NCBI GenBank assembly: GCA_016182915.1 | Contig: JACPFP010000002.1 | Location: 27,188 to 91,187, forward strand | DNA length: 64,000 bases | Source of the DNA: Candidatus Dojkabacteria bacterium | GTDB lineage: Bacteria; Patescibacteriota; Dojkabacteria; SC72 | Direction: 5' to 3' | Shown here: positions 30,272 to 40,226 of the stretch, piece by piece | Numbering within the stretch: the first letter of the stretch is position 1 | Layout of the letters: each line of letters opens with the position of its first letter | Position numbers and translations under genes: made by a program | Notes under the pieces: generated by a model | The model's input: the letters and a program-made list of their open reading frames with translations, nothing else | Told to the model about the DNA's origin: nothing | Database searches by the model: none

Positions 30272-30976
30272 ATGTTACGTTTCCTATCAAAACTTGCATC
30301 CTTTATTCTCTTGCTATCAGTTATAGCAGGGGCAACCTTTTTTATAGTATATCCCCACTATCCTGAAATAAAGGCGACGGTTGATTCTCTCAATTCAAAA
30401 AGGCTTGCAAATAACATCACCCTTCAATTAATGACCTATATTTCCCCAGCAGATCAAGCCGCCATAATAAAAGACCTAGAGGCTCCTCAGGCATTGGAAC
30501 ATATATCAACTGATGAATTGATCCGATTAAAGAACGAAGGGAAGATTCTTTTTAATATGGAGAAAGCCAACACCTCCCTATACATACCCTCTGCAAGTAT
30601 AAATGGAAAAGTTGTAGATGATGAGAGTGTATATGGAATGGAGAGAGGATTCTGGCATTTCCCACTATCAAGTCAGCCGGGAAAGAGGGGAAACACAGTT
30701 ATAATTGCACATAGGTTTCTACATCTTCCTCCAAGAACAGATACATTTTTTAACCTGGATAAGGTGAAAGTGGGAGATAAGGTTATAATTGAACAGAAGG
30801 ATGCTACATATAGATATACAGTAGTTTCTACAAAGGTTGTAGAGAAAACGGATAGGTCTATACTTGAGAACTATAATGATTATAGAATAACATTAGTAAC
30901 CTGCACACCACTATGGACTTCTAATCAGAGATTAGTAGTAATAGGGAAGTTAGATAAAATTTATGGAAGTATATAA
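30272..30976 (+). CDS. sortase family transpeptidase
   Basis: 234 aa with an N-terminal TM anchor. The catalytic His is in VIIAHRF. The Cys is in TLVTCTP. A downstream Arg is present. Confidence 0.75.
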   Translation: MLRFLSKLASFILLLSVIAGATFFIVYPHYPEIKATVDSLNSKRLANNITLQLMTYISPADQAAIIKDLEAPQALEHISTDELIRLKNEGKILFNMEKANTSLYIPSASINGKVVDDESVYGMERGFWHFPLSSQPGKRGNTVIIAHRFLHLPPRTDTFFNLDKVKVGDKVIIEQKDATYRYTVVSTKVVEKTDRSILENYNDYRITLVTCTPLWTSNQRLVVIGKLDKIYGSI

Positions 30977-30978
30977 AA

Positions 30979-31437
30979 ATGAAATATATTGATGCAACCG
31001 GGAGAGAAGTTGAATTAACAAAAGTGGAATTTGGAATACTAAAGTCTATGTCTAAATCTTGGACTGAACATTCTATTCACGAACTTCCTGGAGGATTAGA
31101 TGATTATAAAGCTCTACAGGAAAAGGGGGTAATTGATAATCTAAATCGGCTTGTTTCCAGTAAAAAATATATTGCAGATCCAAGGGTTATCATAGCCATC
31201 TTAATATACGTGAATAAACTTGATGATATATCAGAAACAGTCGATATGTTTATGGAGAGAGAGATATCTCAAAATAGTGATGACTGGGTTGCAACTATCC
31301 CAATATTTGCCGAAAGATTCGGAATAGCAATGGGAATAAATTTCGACGAAAGCGAAATTACAGAAAAGAGGGAGGACCGGGTTATAAGTGAATTCAAGGA
31401 GATCTTAGTAAATAGCTGTGGTGCGATAGTGGAGTAG
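30979..31437 (+). CDS. hypothetical protein
   Basis: 152 aa soluble ORF. Its start is 2 bp after the sortase stop. Confidence 0.45.
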   Translation: MKYIDATGREVELTKVEFGILKSMSKSWTEHSIHELPGGLDDYKALQEKGVIDNLNRLVSSKKYIADPRVIIAILIYVNKLDDISETVDMFMEREISQNSDDWVATIPIFAERFGIAMGINFDESEITEKREDRVISEFKEILVNSCGAIVE

Positions 31438-31516
31438 AGGAGGAAATATACATCCTTCAACTATACAAAATCCTCCTAAACCTATATACTTACGAGATAA
31501 TTTAGAAACAATAAAT

Positions 31517-32557
31517 ATGGATAAAACATACACTAGAAAAGATGTATCAAACGATAGCATTGAACTAACAGTTACAATTCCTGCAGATGCATTTATAAAA
31601 TCATATAACACACTTCTCGAAAAAGAATCAAAGGGTGCAAACATCAAAGGGTTTAGAAAAGGATCTGTACCATCTGAGATGATTGAAGGAAAGGTAAAAG
31701 ATAGTATTCTTTTCGAAACATTTGAAAGAGTTGCTCCATTATATGTAAGCAATGCAGTAGCTACAGAAAGCATTGAGATTGTAGCTCCACCCGCATATAA
31801 AGATATTCCAAAGCTTGTTAAAGGAGAGGACATTGTATTTACAGTTGTGTGTACAATTATGCCAGAGTTTAAACTTGGAAATATGAAGAAGATAAAGGTA
31901 GAGAAGAGTAAGGTTGAAGTTGATGAAAAAGAGATGGAATCTGTTATGAAAGAGCTTGAACAGAGGAAAACAAAAGCAAAAGCTGGAACAGATGAATGGG
32001 TAGCAGAGATTGCAAAATCGCTATACCTTGAAAATGTTAAAACCATGAAAGAATTTAAGGAAGAGATAAAAGAGAGACTCATGTCACAGAAAGAAATGAA
32101 TGTTAGAAAAGAGCAGGAGAGCAGTGCACTGAAACAAGCAATTGAACTATGCAAAATTACAATCCCACAGGCTGCTGTTGACTATGAAGCAATCGAAAGA
32201 GAACAGTCCTTCCTACACACTCTTGAGGAGAAGAAGATAACCATGGAACAGTTCTTAAATGGTAACAATATAAAAATTGAAACAATGAGAGAGATGTGGA
32301 AGAAAGATGCAGTAGATGCACTCCAGACAGATGTATTCCTAAAGCTGTATGGAAAAGAGAAAGGATTAGAAATAACCGAAACTGAATTGGATGAAGAAGT
32401 AAACAAGATTAAGAAGGAACACGAAGGACATAACCATGACTACTACGATGATCCACAGTGGAAAGAGTATGTAAGAAGGGTTCTTGTTAAACAGAAGGCC
32501 TACGACGCTTTTATACTTGCAATATTTCCTGTAGGAAAAGAGAAGAAGGGGAAATAA
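31517..32557 (+). CDS. tig: trigger factor (short form lacking the FKBP PPIase domain)
   Basis: 346 aa. The N-terminal ribosome-binding signature is GFRKGSVP. The protein is K/E-rich. No IPGFE/FKBP motif is present. It lies upstream of clpP. Confidence 0.75.
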   Translation: MDKTYTRKDVSNDSIELTVTIPADAFIKSYNTLLEKESKGANIKGFRKGSVPSEMIEGKVKDSILFETFERVAPLYVSNAVATESIEIVAPPAYKDIPKLVKGEDIVFTVVCTIMPEFKLGNMKKIKVEKSKVEVDEKEMESVMKELEQRKTKAKAGTDEWVAEIAKSLYLENVKTMKEFKEEIKERLMSQKEMNVRKEQESSALKQAIELCKITIPQAAVDYEAIEREQSFLHTLEEKKITMEQFLNGNNIKIETMREMWKKDAVDALQTDVFLKLYGKEKGLEITETELDEEVNKIKKEHEGHNHDYYDDPQWKEYVRRVLVKQKAYDAFILAIFPVGKEKKGK

Positions 32558-32563
32558 AAGAGA

Positions 32564-32896
32564 CTAAACAGGAGGAACAAGTGTAAACTCCAAGGTCACT
32601 TCCTCTTTACTTACATGATACATTCCTCGAATCCTAACGGTATTATCCTCGAGATCAACCGCTAATCCCTCGACCTCAAGTAAGTAGGTGCGAGCATCTA
32701 CATCTTCTCTATTAAACGTAAATAGAATTGAAGATAGATCTGTGACAGCGAGAGCAAAGAGATCTCTTACATACCAAATCGGAGATCCGTTCTCCTTAAA
32801 GGTATCCTGAATAATATCGTGGTGCTGACTCAAAAGAATCTCCAAATTCGGATCTAACTCTGGGTTTTCCCCTTTACCTTTCATGACATTTCCCAT
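32564..32896 (-). CDS. hypothetical protein
   Basis: 110 aa ORF filling the gap between tig and clpP on the opposite strand. Confidence 0.4.
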   Translation of the reverse strand: MGNVMKGKGENPELDPNLEILLSQHHDIIQDTFKENGSPIWYVRDLFALAVTDLSSILFTFNREDVDARTYLLEVEGLAVDLEDNTVRIRGMYHVSKEEVTLEFTLVPPV

Positions 32897-32990
32897 AATA
32901 AATATAATTATTGATTATATCACCAAGTTTGCCTAAGTAGTACGGAAAAGCTATAATCCATGCATAAATAACTTCGTAATTGATTTAACT

Positions 32991-33569
32991 ATGAATGTAC
33001 TAATTCCAACCGTAATTGAGAAAGAAAGAGATGGAGAGAGAGCATACGATATCTATTCAAGACTACTTAAGGATAGAATACTTTTTGTAACTGGAGAGAT
33101 AGAGCCACACATGGCAAATACCATTGTTGCACAACTTCTTTTCCTTGAGAAAGAAGATCCCAAGGCAGATATCCAGATGTTCATTAACTCCCAGGGAGGA
33201 CAGGTAACCGCAGGGATGGCAATCCTAGATACCATGAACTTTATAAAACCAGATGTTTCAACAATTGCTGTAGGATTATCTGCATCAATGGGCTCCCTGC
33301 TTCTCGCAGGAGGTACAAAGGGAAAGAGATACTCATTACCACACAGTAAAATACATATGCATCAACCATTAGGTGGAGCAGAAGGGCAGGCAAGTGATAT
33401 TGATATTGCAGCAAAAGAGATACTTAAAACGAGAGAACTTCTTTTTAAAATGCTCTCAAGCTTTACGGGAAAGAAGTATGAAGATATAGAAAGGGATGCA
33501 GATAGAGATAAGTTCTTCACAGCAGAGGAAGCAAAGGAGTATGGTTTGATTGATAAGGTCATAAGCTAA
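32991..33569 (+). CDS. clpP: ATP-dependent Clp protease proteolytic subunit ClpP
   Basis: 192 aa. The catalytic Ser is in GLSASMGS. The His is in HMHQP. The Asp is present. Confidence 0.95.
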   Translation: MNVLIPTVIEKERDGERAYDIYSRLLKDRILFVTGEIEPHMANTIVAQLLFLEKEDPKADIQMFINSQGGQVTAGMAILDTMNFIKPDVSTIAVGLSASMGSLLLAGGTKGKRYSLPHSKIHMHQPLGGAEGQASDIDIAAKEILKTRELLFKMLSSFTGKKYEDIERDADRDKFFTAEEAKEYGLIDKVIS

Positions 33570-33587
33570 TAGTTTGGCTATAAACTC

Positions 33588-34589
33588 ATGGGGCATATAA
33601 ATCCTAATCCTACAGTTTTCAGTGTAGAAAGTCTTCTTTCTACCGATAAACTAAGTTTATTGAATGCGTATCTTTTTAATGGAGAAAGAGACAGATTCTC
33701 TCACGAAACGATGGAAAGAGTTAAAGAAGCAATAAACCTTGTCCCTTACGGTATGGCATCAGTTTCTTCGGGAAGAATCTTTGATGTTGAAACTCTAGTA
33801 GAAAGCGCAAACGATATTGGAGTCCCTATTCATGATGTAGACTATCCATGGGGAGTGACAGTAAGAGATTCAGCCGTGAAAATAGGTAAAACTATAGAGG
33901 GGAAGGATATAAAAACAGTGATAAAAACTGGAATGAATATTTTTGGAGCATACCTTTTAGCCGTGGATCCTAAAGACCAAAATTCCCGAGTTCAGAGTGG
34001 GGTAGAGACCATTCAACAAACAGTCTCCGATCAACTAAGGTTGCGGTTAGATGCGGATCAGTTTTCTGAAGCTTTAAGAGAGAAAACTTTAAAGAACTTA
34101 GCTGATATAGGAAGTTCACTAGGTGTAAGTAGAAATATACAAATACTGGTAGAACCATCAATCCTAACCTTTAAAGAGTGGGATGGATTTCTAAGGTTAA
34201 TGAAGGATCTAAGAAGTAGATATGATGGAACGAATATAATTCCACTGATTTCGTTAGATTTAGCAAATACTCAGCCCTATACTCAAGAGAGTGTTCTTGA
34301 GTTCATAGACAAACAATTGGGAGTAGGAAGTGGTAGTACAATAGAGGTATCGCAGATAGGTGCTTTTGAACTTAGCGGTTTTGGGGAGGGGAGAATGAAG
34401 CATGATTTACCTTGGAAAACACCCTTTCCACTCAAAGATTTCTTTATGTTAGTAAACAAGATAGAGAATAGAAGGGAAACAGTAGATAGACTGGGAATAG
34501 TTATTGAAAGTCACCCTGTTCTTTTCGATCAGCTGCTTGCAGGGCTTCCAGATGAGTATACAAAAGTACTTAAAGAGGTTTCGCAATAA
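33588..34589 (+). CDS. hypothetical protein
   Basis: 333 aa soluble ORF in the position where clpX would normally sit. It has no AAA+ motifs. Confidence 0.5.
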   Translation: MGHINPNPTVFSVESLLSTDKLSLLNAYLFNGERDRFSHETMERVKEAINLVPYGMASVSSGRIFDVETLVESANDIGVPIHDVDYPWGVTVRDSAVKIGKTIEGKDIKTVIKTGMNIFGAYLLAVDPKDQNSRVQSGVETIQQTVSDQLRLRLDADQFSEALREKTLKNLADIGSSLGVSRNIQILVEPSILTFKEWDGFLRLMKDLRSRYDGTNIIPLISLDLANTQPYTQESVLEFIDKQLGVGSGSTIEVSQIGAFELSGFGEGRMKHDLPWKTPFPLKDFFMLVNKIENRRETVDRLGIVIESHPVLFDQLLAGLPDEYTKVLKEVSQ

Positions 34590-34636
34590 CGAATTGCTTA
34601 TAAGAGAGGTTAAATGATAGAATTCATTGTATTTAT

Positions 34637-34713
34637 GGGCGACTAGCTCAGCTGGTTAGAGCACTACATTGACATTGTAGGGGTCGCAGGTTCGAGTCCC
34701 GCGTCGCCCACCA
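34637..34713 (+). tRNA. tRNA-Val (anticodon GAC), CCA encoded
   Basis: Manual cloverleaf: acceptor GGGCGAC/GTCGCCC. D-arm GCTC/GAGC. Anticodon stem CTACA/TGTAG with loop TTGACAT. T-arm GCAGG-TTCGAGT-CCCGC. A 3' ACCA follows. Confidence 0.85.
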
Positions 34714-34745
34714 AATTTTATTACAGTTTAGGAACTTTTTCTTCT

Positions 34746-35759
34746 CTAGTATTTTCCTTCTCTTTTTTCTAAACTTAGTAATAATCTAATCATGTTTTTC
34801 TTTGGTTCAATATTCTCGTCAAATAGTCCGGTATTTTCTCTTTCCCAAGTTATTGTTGGATCATCAATGATTCCCCAATAATAGAATTCTTCAATATAAT
34901 CTTTAGAACCACATAGTTCTCTCATGTGATTGTAAGCATAAGATTGATAATCAAACCAAGTAGAGTAGGTAATACCGTCACAAGTAACTGGTTTGTTTGG
35001 ATCAATAGATCCTCCTTCGTAGTTGCCGTTCTTTGGACTCATATCGAATTCAGTAATCATCATAGGCAATCGAGTTCTTGTATGAATTCCATCAAGAGCT
35101 TTATTTAATTGTTCATCAGGGGGTAGAAAGAATGGTCTTGGGTGGTATCCACTATGTGCTTGCTCTCCAATAACATCAATTCTTCCTCCTAGCTTTGTTA
35201 CATCATCTACTAATTTCAGAAAAGGTTCTCTGATTTCATCTCTAATCAAACATCCAAATTCGTTGAACATATATCTTCCTTCTTGATATGTTTCTACAGC
35301 CCATTTAAAAATATCGGCAATAAGCTCAGCTTTATTTAAATTTGTTCCTAAATATTTTTCATCAGGTTCTCTTACAGCTTCATTTACCAACTTGAAGAAG
35401 TTAACCTTTCCTTTATATCTTCCAACTACTGCCTTAACATGATTTTCCAGAACTTTTAACTTTTGTTCAGGGTCTAAATCTTTATACCATTGAGGAAATA
35501 TATCTATGTGTCCTGTAATTACAGTATTGAAATGAATTTGTGCTCCGTTATGATTTGCATGTTCGATGAGTAGATCTGTATTTTCCCAATTGTAATCAGA
35601 TTCAATGTTTGGTCCTTTTGCAATCATTGCAAACATTCCTGTTCCCTCCATCCCAAAGTTATTGAAATATTTAAGCGTTTCAGACTTATATTTCCTACTT
35701 ATATCCTCAGGCATCACACCATTGAAATATTTATGATTTAGAATTACTCCTGTTTTCAC
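34746..35759 (-). CDS. glycoside hydrolase, clan GH-A (GH10 xylanase-like), intracellular
   Basis: 337 aa with no signal peptide. The candidate acid/base is in LVNEAV. The candidate nucleophile is in MITEFDM. This is an NE...ITEFD arrangement as in GH10. Confidence 0.5.
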   Translation of the reverse strand: MKTGVILNHKYFNGVMPEDISRKYKSETLKYFNNFGMEGTGMFAMIAKGPNIESDYNWENTDLLIEHANHNGAQIHFNTVITGHIDIFPQWYKDLDPEQKLKVLENHVKAVVGRYKGKVNFFKLVNEAVREPDEKYLGTNLNKAELIADIFKWAVETYQEGRYMFNEFGCLIRDEIREPFLKLVDDVTKLGGRIDVIGEQAHSGYHPRPFFLPPDEQLNKALDGIHTRTRLPMMITEFDMSPKNGNYEGGSIDPNKPVTCDGITYSTWFDYQSYAYNHMRELCGSKDYIEEFYYWGIIDDPTITWERENTGLFDENIEPKKNMIRLLLSLEKREGKY

Positions 35760-35883
35760 AATAAAAGTTTAGAGTATGACTATTAAATATACAAGTACAA
35801 AAAGAAGCCGCGTTTAAGTTTCAGGTCTTTTAGCACAGTATACCATTATAATTTCCCCTATTTGTGATATAAAATAAACATAT

Positions 35884-36717
35884 ATGCTCATACAACAGAT
35901 ACAAGAAAAGGATTGGGAACAACGTCCAACAATTAACGAGAAAACAGATAAACTCGCGTTAGAGACCCTTAATATTCAAGATCAACCGACACAAAATATA
36001 GCAATTCAACTCACTGTCGCCAACCATATTTGTTCTCTATACCAGGATATGAACTTGCCTACTTGTATCGCAGGATTCACCCCTATATATTATTTGCTTA
36101 TAGGGACAAGATACAGAATGGATAAACCAATGGACGAGAGCTTTAAGACGATCTTCTCAAATACTGAGATTACAGAACAAAATTTACTGAATCTCTCCGC
36201 CTATATCATAGAACAAGTAAAGGAAAAGCAAGATCAATCCGACGATGAAATAAAACAAACAAAATTAGTAGAACAGGGGAGGATAAGTGCAAAACTAGAA
36301 AAGGACGGAAGTGTGTCATTACACATTGGGGACAGTGGTACGCTTGAGTATGAAAGTATTCGTAATGACCTTCGTCAGGTTTTGACAATACTTAAAACAA
36401 ACCATCCTTATATTAAGCTACTTAGTGGAGAATCATGGTTATACTCTACAAAAACTATTTGGATGTTTTTGCCTGAAGAATTACAAGAAAACATAACAAT
36501 TATAACCCGTGAGAATGTATTAAGAAGCGGAGCATTATGGGGGCAGTTCATACAGCCTAATACAAGATTAGAACAAACAAGGAAATATCTATTTTTGAAG
36601 CGTATAGGGAAAGTAACATCAATTAATGACCTTTATAATGCATTTCCATTTCCCGTTTCTAGCATTAATGTTCCGATAGAGAAACTCTACAATCAATTAG
36701 CTATCGCTAAGAAGTAA
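35884..36717 (+). CDS. hypothetical protein
   Basis: 277 aa soluble ORF with no recognised motifs. Confidence 0.5.
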   Translation: MLIQQIQEKDWEQRPTINEKTDKLALETLNIQDQPTQNIAIQLTVANHICSLYQDMNLPTCIAGFTPIYYLLIGTRYRMDKPMDESFKTIFSNTEITEQNLLNLSAYIIEQVKEKQDQSDDEIKQTKLVEQGRISAKLEKDGSVSLHIGDSGTLEYESIRNDLRQVLTILKTNHPYIKLLSGESWLYSTKTIWMFLPEELQENITIITRENVLRSGALWGQFIQPNTRLEQTRKYLFLKRIGKVTSINDLYNAFPFPVSSINVPIEKLYNQLAIAKK

Positions 36718-36806
36718 TACTTCCTATTAAAATAGTTTGAGTGTTAGTTTAGCCATTAACATAATACGCAAAAATTTCTCCGTCTTTAAGTTTCAGACAT
36801 GTTAAA

Positions 36807-37580
36807 ATGGCCCTATTTTTAGCATCACTCTGGTATACTATATTAATGCAAAAACAGGTTATTCTTGAAAAACTCTCTCGGTTAATGAAAAGTTATCAAA
36901 ACGGGGAGATTCCTCTTTTGCATACTCACGAAGTGAATCCTAGTTTAGACAAAAGTAGCCGTGAGAATTACTTATATTTCACAATGACATGCTCGTTAAA
37001 CTTCCAAAGAAACTCTCCAAAGACCTGGGAATCAGCATTAAAGACCTGGAATGATAAAGATACTCAATTCGTTTTCTTTCCTGAGAAGGTAGTAATTACG
37101 AATACTGAAGATCTTAGGCAAGCCTTATTAAAACATAAGTTGGCACTTCAACCCAATAAACATATTGAAATCTGGGGAAAAATATCAAAAACTTTCAATT
37201 CGGATTTCAACAATGATCCACGAGAGCTATTTAAGAGAGGGGAACATAATACAGATTTGGTGTTAGAGATAGTTAGAAAAGAAATGAAGAGTAAGTTTCC
37301 TTATCTATCTGGTCCCAAACTAAGTAACTATTTCATTTACATTTTACTTTACTACTCTGACCTAAAACTAAAGAACACCATAAATCTTTCAATAATCCCC
37401 GATACACATATTATGCAAGCGACTGAGCATTTAGGCATACTTGAGAACAGGGATATCAAACCAGAGAAAGTAGAGGAAGCATGGAAAGAGCTTCTTAAAG
37501 GGTCAACTTGGGCTCCGGTTGATTTTCATCCAGTACTCTGGAACTGGTCTAGGAATCATTTCGTGCCAAATATTGATTAG
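36807..37580 (+). CDS. HhH-GPD superfamily DNA glycosylase-like protein
   Basis: 257 aa. The helix-hairpin-helix-like segment YLSGPKLSNYF is present. The motif IPDTHIMQATEHLGI follows. Together they resemble the EndoIII/AlkA GPD...VDTHVxRVxxRLG region. Confidence 0.4.
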   Translation: MALFLASLWYTILMQKQVILEKLSRLMKSYQNGEIPLLHTHEVNPSLDKSSRENYLYFTMTCSLNFQRNSPKTWESALKTWNDKDTQFVFFPEKVVITNTEDLRQALLKHKLALQPNKHIEIWGKISKTFNSDFNNDPRELFKRGEHNTDLVLEIVRKEMKSKFPYLSGPKLSNYFIYILLYYSDLKLKNTINLSIIPDTHIMQATEHLGILENRDIKPEKVEEAWKELLKGSTWAPVDFHPVLWNWSRNHFVPNID

Positions 37581-37627
37581 GCGGGCCTTTCTTTCCAAAT
37601 TTCAGGATACTTTGTATAGCCAACCAC

Positions 37628-38455
37628 TCAAATCTTATTTGAATTCCACATCTTTTCCCATATAGCCTTTTGAACTTTAGGGTCAACATGGGCAGCAGGA
37701 TGGTAATTAGGTAATATCGATACGCTATTTAGATGAATAAAGCCACCCTCCAAACTGTTAATTATTTTACTGATTTTTATATCTGTATACTCCAAACCAT
37801 AGTATCTATTGATAACACTAAATGCTAAGTTTCCTAGTGGAATTATAAGTTTAGGTTGAACAATATCAATCTGACGTTTAACATAAGGATATGAAATCTC
37901 AAAGCTCTTTTTCTCATCAAAATTTTGATTTCCTCTAAATAATTTACCTTGCCTTGTAAACAGTACAGCCATTGTAAAAAATATCTTATCCCACATTTCA
38001 GCAGTAAAATCTTCATTGAATTTGTCTTTATATGTTTCTTGAACTGTGTTTAGAATAAATTTCTCAGTTCTTGAAGAAAAATCTTTAAAGAGAAACTTTC
38101 TGTAATAATCAATATCATTTGCTTTTGATTCATCAAAAGAGGAAATAAATTCCTTTAAGACTAAATACGGTCCCCAGTCTTGTCCGATAATCATTATCTC
38201 GGACTTTGTTACAGTATTTGTCCAATCAAACCACTTGTTTGGAATATGTTTATGTAATCTGAATTGATTTACCAGACTAACATTGGTATCAAGTCCATTC
38301 CGGTTTGACCTGATACGTGAGGGAGAGATATCAGATTTAATATCTTCAATCAGTTCCCTCATTAACTGAAATTTATCACCTTGTTCCATATAGCTTAGTA
38401 TATATGACCCAATACTTTGTGTCATGATAGTTAAATGAGAAGTACAGCCCAACAT
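37628..38455 (-). CDS. uracil-DNA glycosylase superfamily-like protein (divergent)
   Basis: 275 aa. The motif MIIGQDWGPY resembles the UDG motif A GQDPY. The motif NYHPAAH resembles motif B HPSP. Confidence 0.35.
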   Translation of the reverse strand: MLGCTSHLTIMTQSIGSYILSYMEQGDKFQLMRELIEDIKSDISPSRIRSNRNGLDTNVSLVNQFRLHKHIPNKWFDWTNTVTKSEIMIIGQDWGPYLVLKEFISSFDESKANDIDYYRKFLFKDFSSRTEKFILNTVQETYKDKFNEDFTAEMWDKIFFTMAVLFTRQGKLFRGNQNFDEKKSFEISYPYVKRQIDIVQPKLIIPLGNLAFSVINRYYGLEYTDIKISKIINSLEGGFIHLNSVSILPNYHPAAHVDPKVQKAIWEKMWNSNKI

Positions 38456-38518
38456 ATCTCTCTTTTCAGTTAATTGATATAATTACCCATCATTTATAAT
38501 TTTTAATTTATTATTACT

Positions 38519-38851
38519 ATGGATAAAAACCTCATAGAGGAGTTCGAAACTTCAACGAAAAAAGGTCTCGTTACAGGAGTATTACATTTCTCCAATAAAT
38601 ATTGTTCACAAATACAATTATTCTCAGCCGTTAAGAAATGGGTAGAAGAGGATAAAGGTGTAATATACGCAAGTATTATGACTGGAAGTGATGACTTTGT
38701 AAGCTTAAACTTCCGATATGATGAGACGATTGGAAATAAGAAGGTAAAAAGTATTTTGTACGATTTCTTCAAGCCTCTGTTTGAGGAGAAGTTGGGAGGA
38801 GATTTTCTTCAAGCATGGAGCATAACAAGAGAATCGGTAATTATAAAGTAG
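38519..38851 (+). CDS. hypothetical protein
   Basis: 110 aa. It was preferred over the overlapping minus-strand ORF 38503..38772 on composition. Confidence 0.4.
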   Translation: MDKNLIEEFETSTKKGLVTGVLHFSNKYCSQIQLFSAVKKWVEEDKGVIYASIMTGSDDFVSLNFRYDETIGNKKVKSILYDFFKPLFEEKLGGDFLQAWSITRESVIIK

Positions 38852-38931
38852 CGTGTGTACACGGTATATTTTACACTTAAAACGACTTTGAATCGCCAAC
38901 TCTTTTTCTCCAATAGTGTAGAATACTAAAT

Positions 38932-39735
38932 ATGGAAAAGATCTTAATCATTGATGGGCATAATCTTCTATACCGATCATATTACGGGATCCCCTCATCC
39001 GCAAAACTTGCTAATGGGACTCAAGTAAATGCATACTACGGATTTTTGTCCATGTTGAGAAAAGTAGCAATGGAGTTAAATCCGACATCAATAATTACAG
39101 TTTTCGATTCGGAGAGTGGTACCGCAGCTAAACTCAACACCAACAACCAATACAAACAGAATAGGCCCACTTCTGAAAAAGCAATGTTTGATCAGCTATC
39201 AATTATCAAAGACGCTCTTCAATATCTAGATATAAGCTATATTGAGCATCCTGATTATGAGGCAGATGATGTAATTGGATCTATTGCAACAGGAGAATCT
39301 TTAAATAATGATATCTTCATACTTTCCCAGGATAAAGATTATTATCAGTTAATCTCAAGTAATATTAGTATTATACATGTTAATAAAGGTCAGATTGTAA
39401 CTATCACCAAAGATGTCTTTTTTGAAAAGTATGGGTTTGACTGTTCACGATATATAGAATTTATTGCCATCAAAGGAGATCCTTCCGATAATATACCTGG
39501 GATAAAAGGTATTGGGAGTAAAGCCGCTACCAAATTAATTATTAAAAACAAACATATCCTGGACGAATGTGATTTTGAGCTGTTTGTAAATAATATTGAG
39601 AGTGCAAAGTTAAACATAAAGTTTCTAAGTATAAATAAAGACCTCAACATTGGCTATAACCTTACAAAAGCGAACTCCAAAATATTAGAACTAAGTTCGA
39701 ATAATATTCTCAAAGAGCTAAAGCTTTATAGCTAG
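38932..39735 (+). CDS. 5'-3' exonuclease (FEN/Pol I N-terminal nuclease family)
   Basis: 267 aa. The N-terminus is ILIIDGHNLLYRSYYG. Acidic metal-binding clusters and an H3TH region (IPGIKGIG) are present. Confidence 0.85.
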   Translation: MEKILIIDGHNLLYRSYYGIPSSAKLANGTQVNAYYGFLSMLRKVAMELNPTSIITVFDSESGTAAKLNTNNQYKQNRPTSEKAMFDQLSIIKDALQYLDISYIEHPDYEADDVIGSIATGESLNNDIFILSQDKDYYQLISSNISIIHVNKGQIVTITKDVFFEKYGFDCSRYIEFIAIKGDPSDNIPGIKGIGSKAATKLIIKNKHILDECDFELFVNNIESAKLNIKFLSINKDLNIGYNLTKANSKILELSSNNILKELKLYS

Positions 39736-39788
39736 GATAATATATTTAAGTTTCAAGTTGTTCAAAACAATTCACGAATAAGAATCCC

Positions 39789-40226
39789 TTGTGTTATAAT
39801 TCTTCAATGCAAAAGATTGAGTGTGCTGGAGTGATATTTATAACTTCTGATAATAAGATATTACTTGAAGATAGACGAAAAATTAAGAAACATGGAGAGC
39901 ATTGGAGTTTCTTCGGAGGAAGTATAGAAAAAGGGGAGACACCAGAACAAGCTATGAAGAGAGAAATAAACGAGGAGATGGGCTATCGTATAGATAATTA
40001 TACGTTATTCAATAAATATACCTTTATTCCTGTTAATAAACCTGATTTAGAGCTAACGTACTATATGTACTTAGCTAAAGCTCCATTGATTAAAGATTTG
40101 AAAATACATAGTAGGGGAGGAATAAAGGGTTTTACATTAAGACAAGCGTTGAGATTAAGGATTACGGATAAGGATAAAGATATTCTAAGAGAGGTTAACT
40201 CATATCTGAATAAAGGGAAACTTTAG
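39789..40226 (+). CDS. NUDIX hydrolase
   Basis: 145 aa. The Nudix box is GGSIEKGETPEQAMKREINEEMGY. Confidence 0.8.
   Translation: MCYNSSMQKIECAGVIFITSDNKILLEDRRKIKKHGEHWSFFGGSIEKGETPEQAMKREINEEMGYRIDNYTLFNKYTFIPVNKPDLELTYYMYLAKAPLIKDLKIHSRGGIKGFTLRQALRLRITDKDKDILREVNSYLNKGKL

Noticed and set aside
31405-32154. 249-aa minus-strand ORF, S/F-rich, overlapping tig
   Set aside because: It is antisense to the well-supported trigger factor gene. The low-complexity composition is the mirror image of a K/E-rich gene.
38503-38772. 89-aa minus-strand ORF overlapping 38519..38851
   Set aside because: The plus-strand alternative has more protein-like composition. Only one can be real, so confidence in either is modest.
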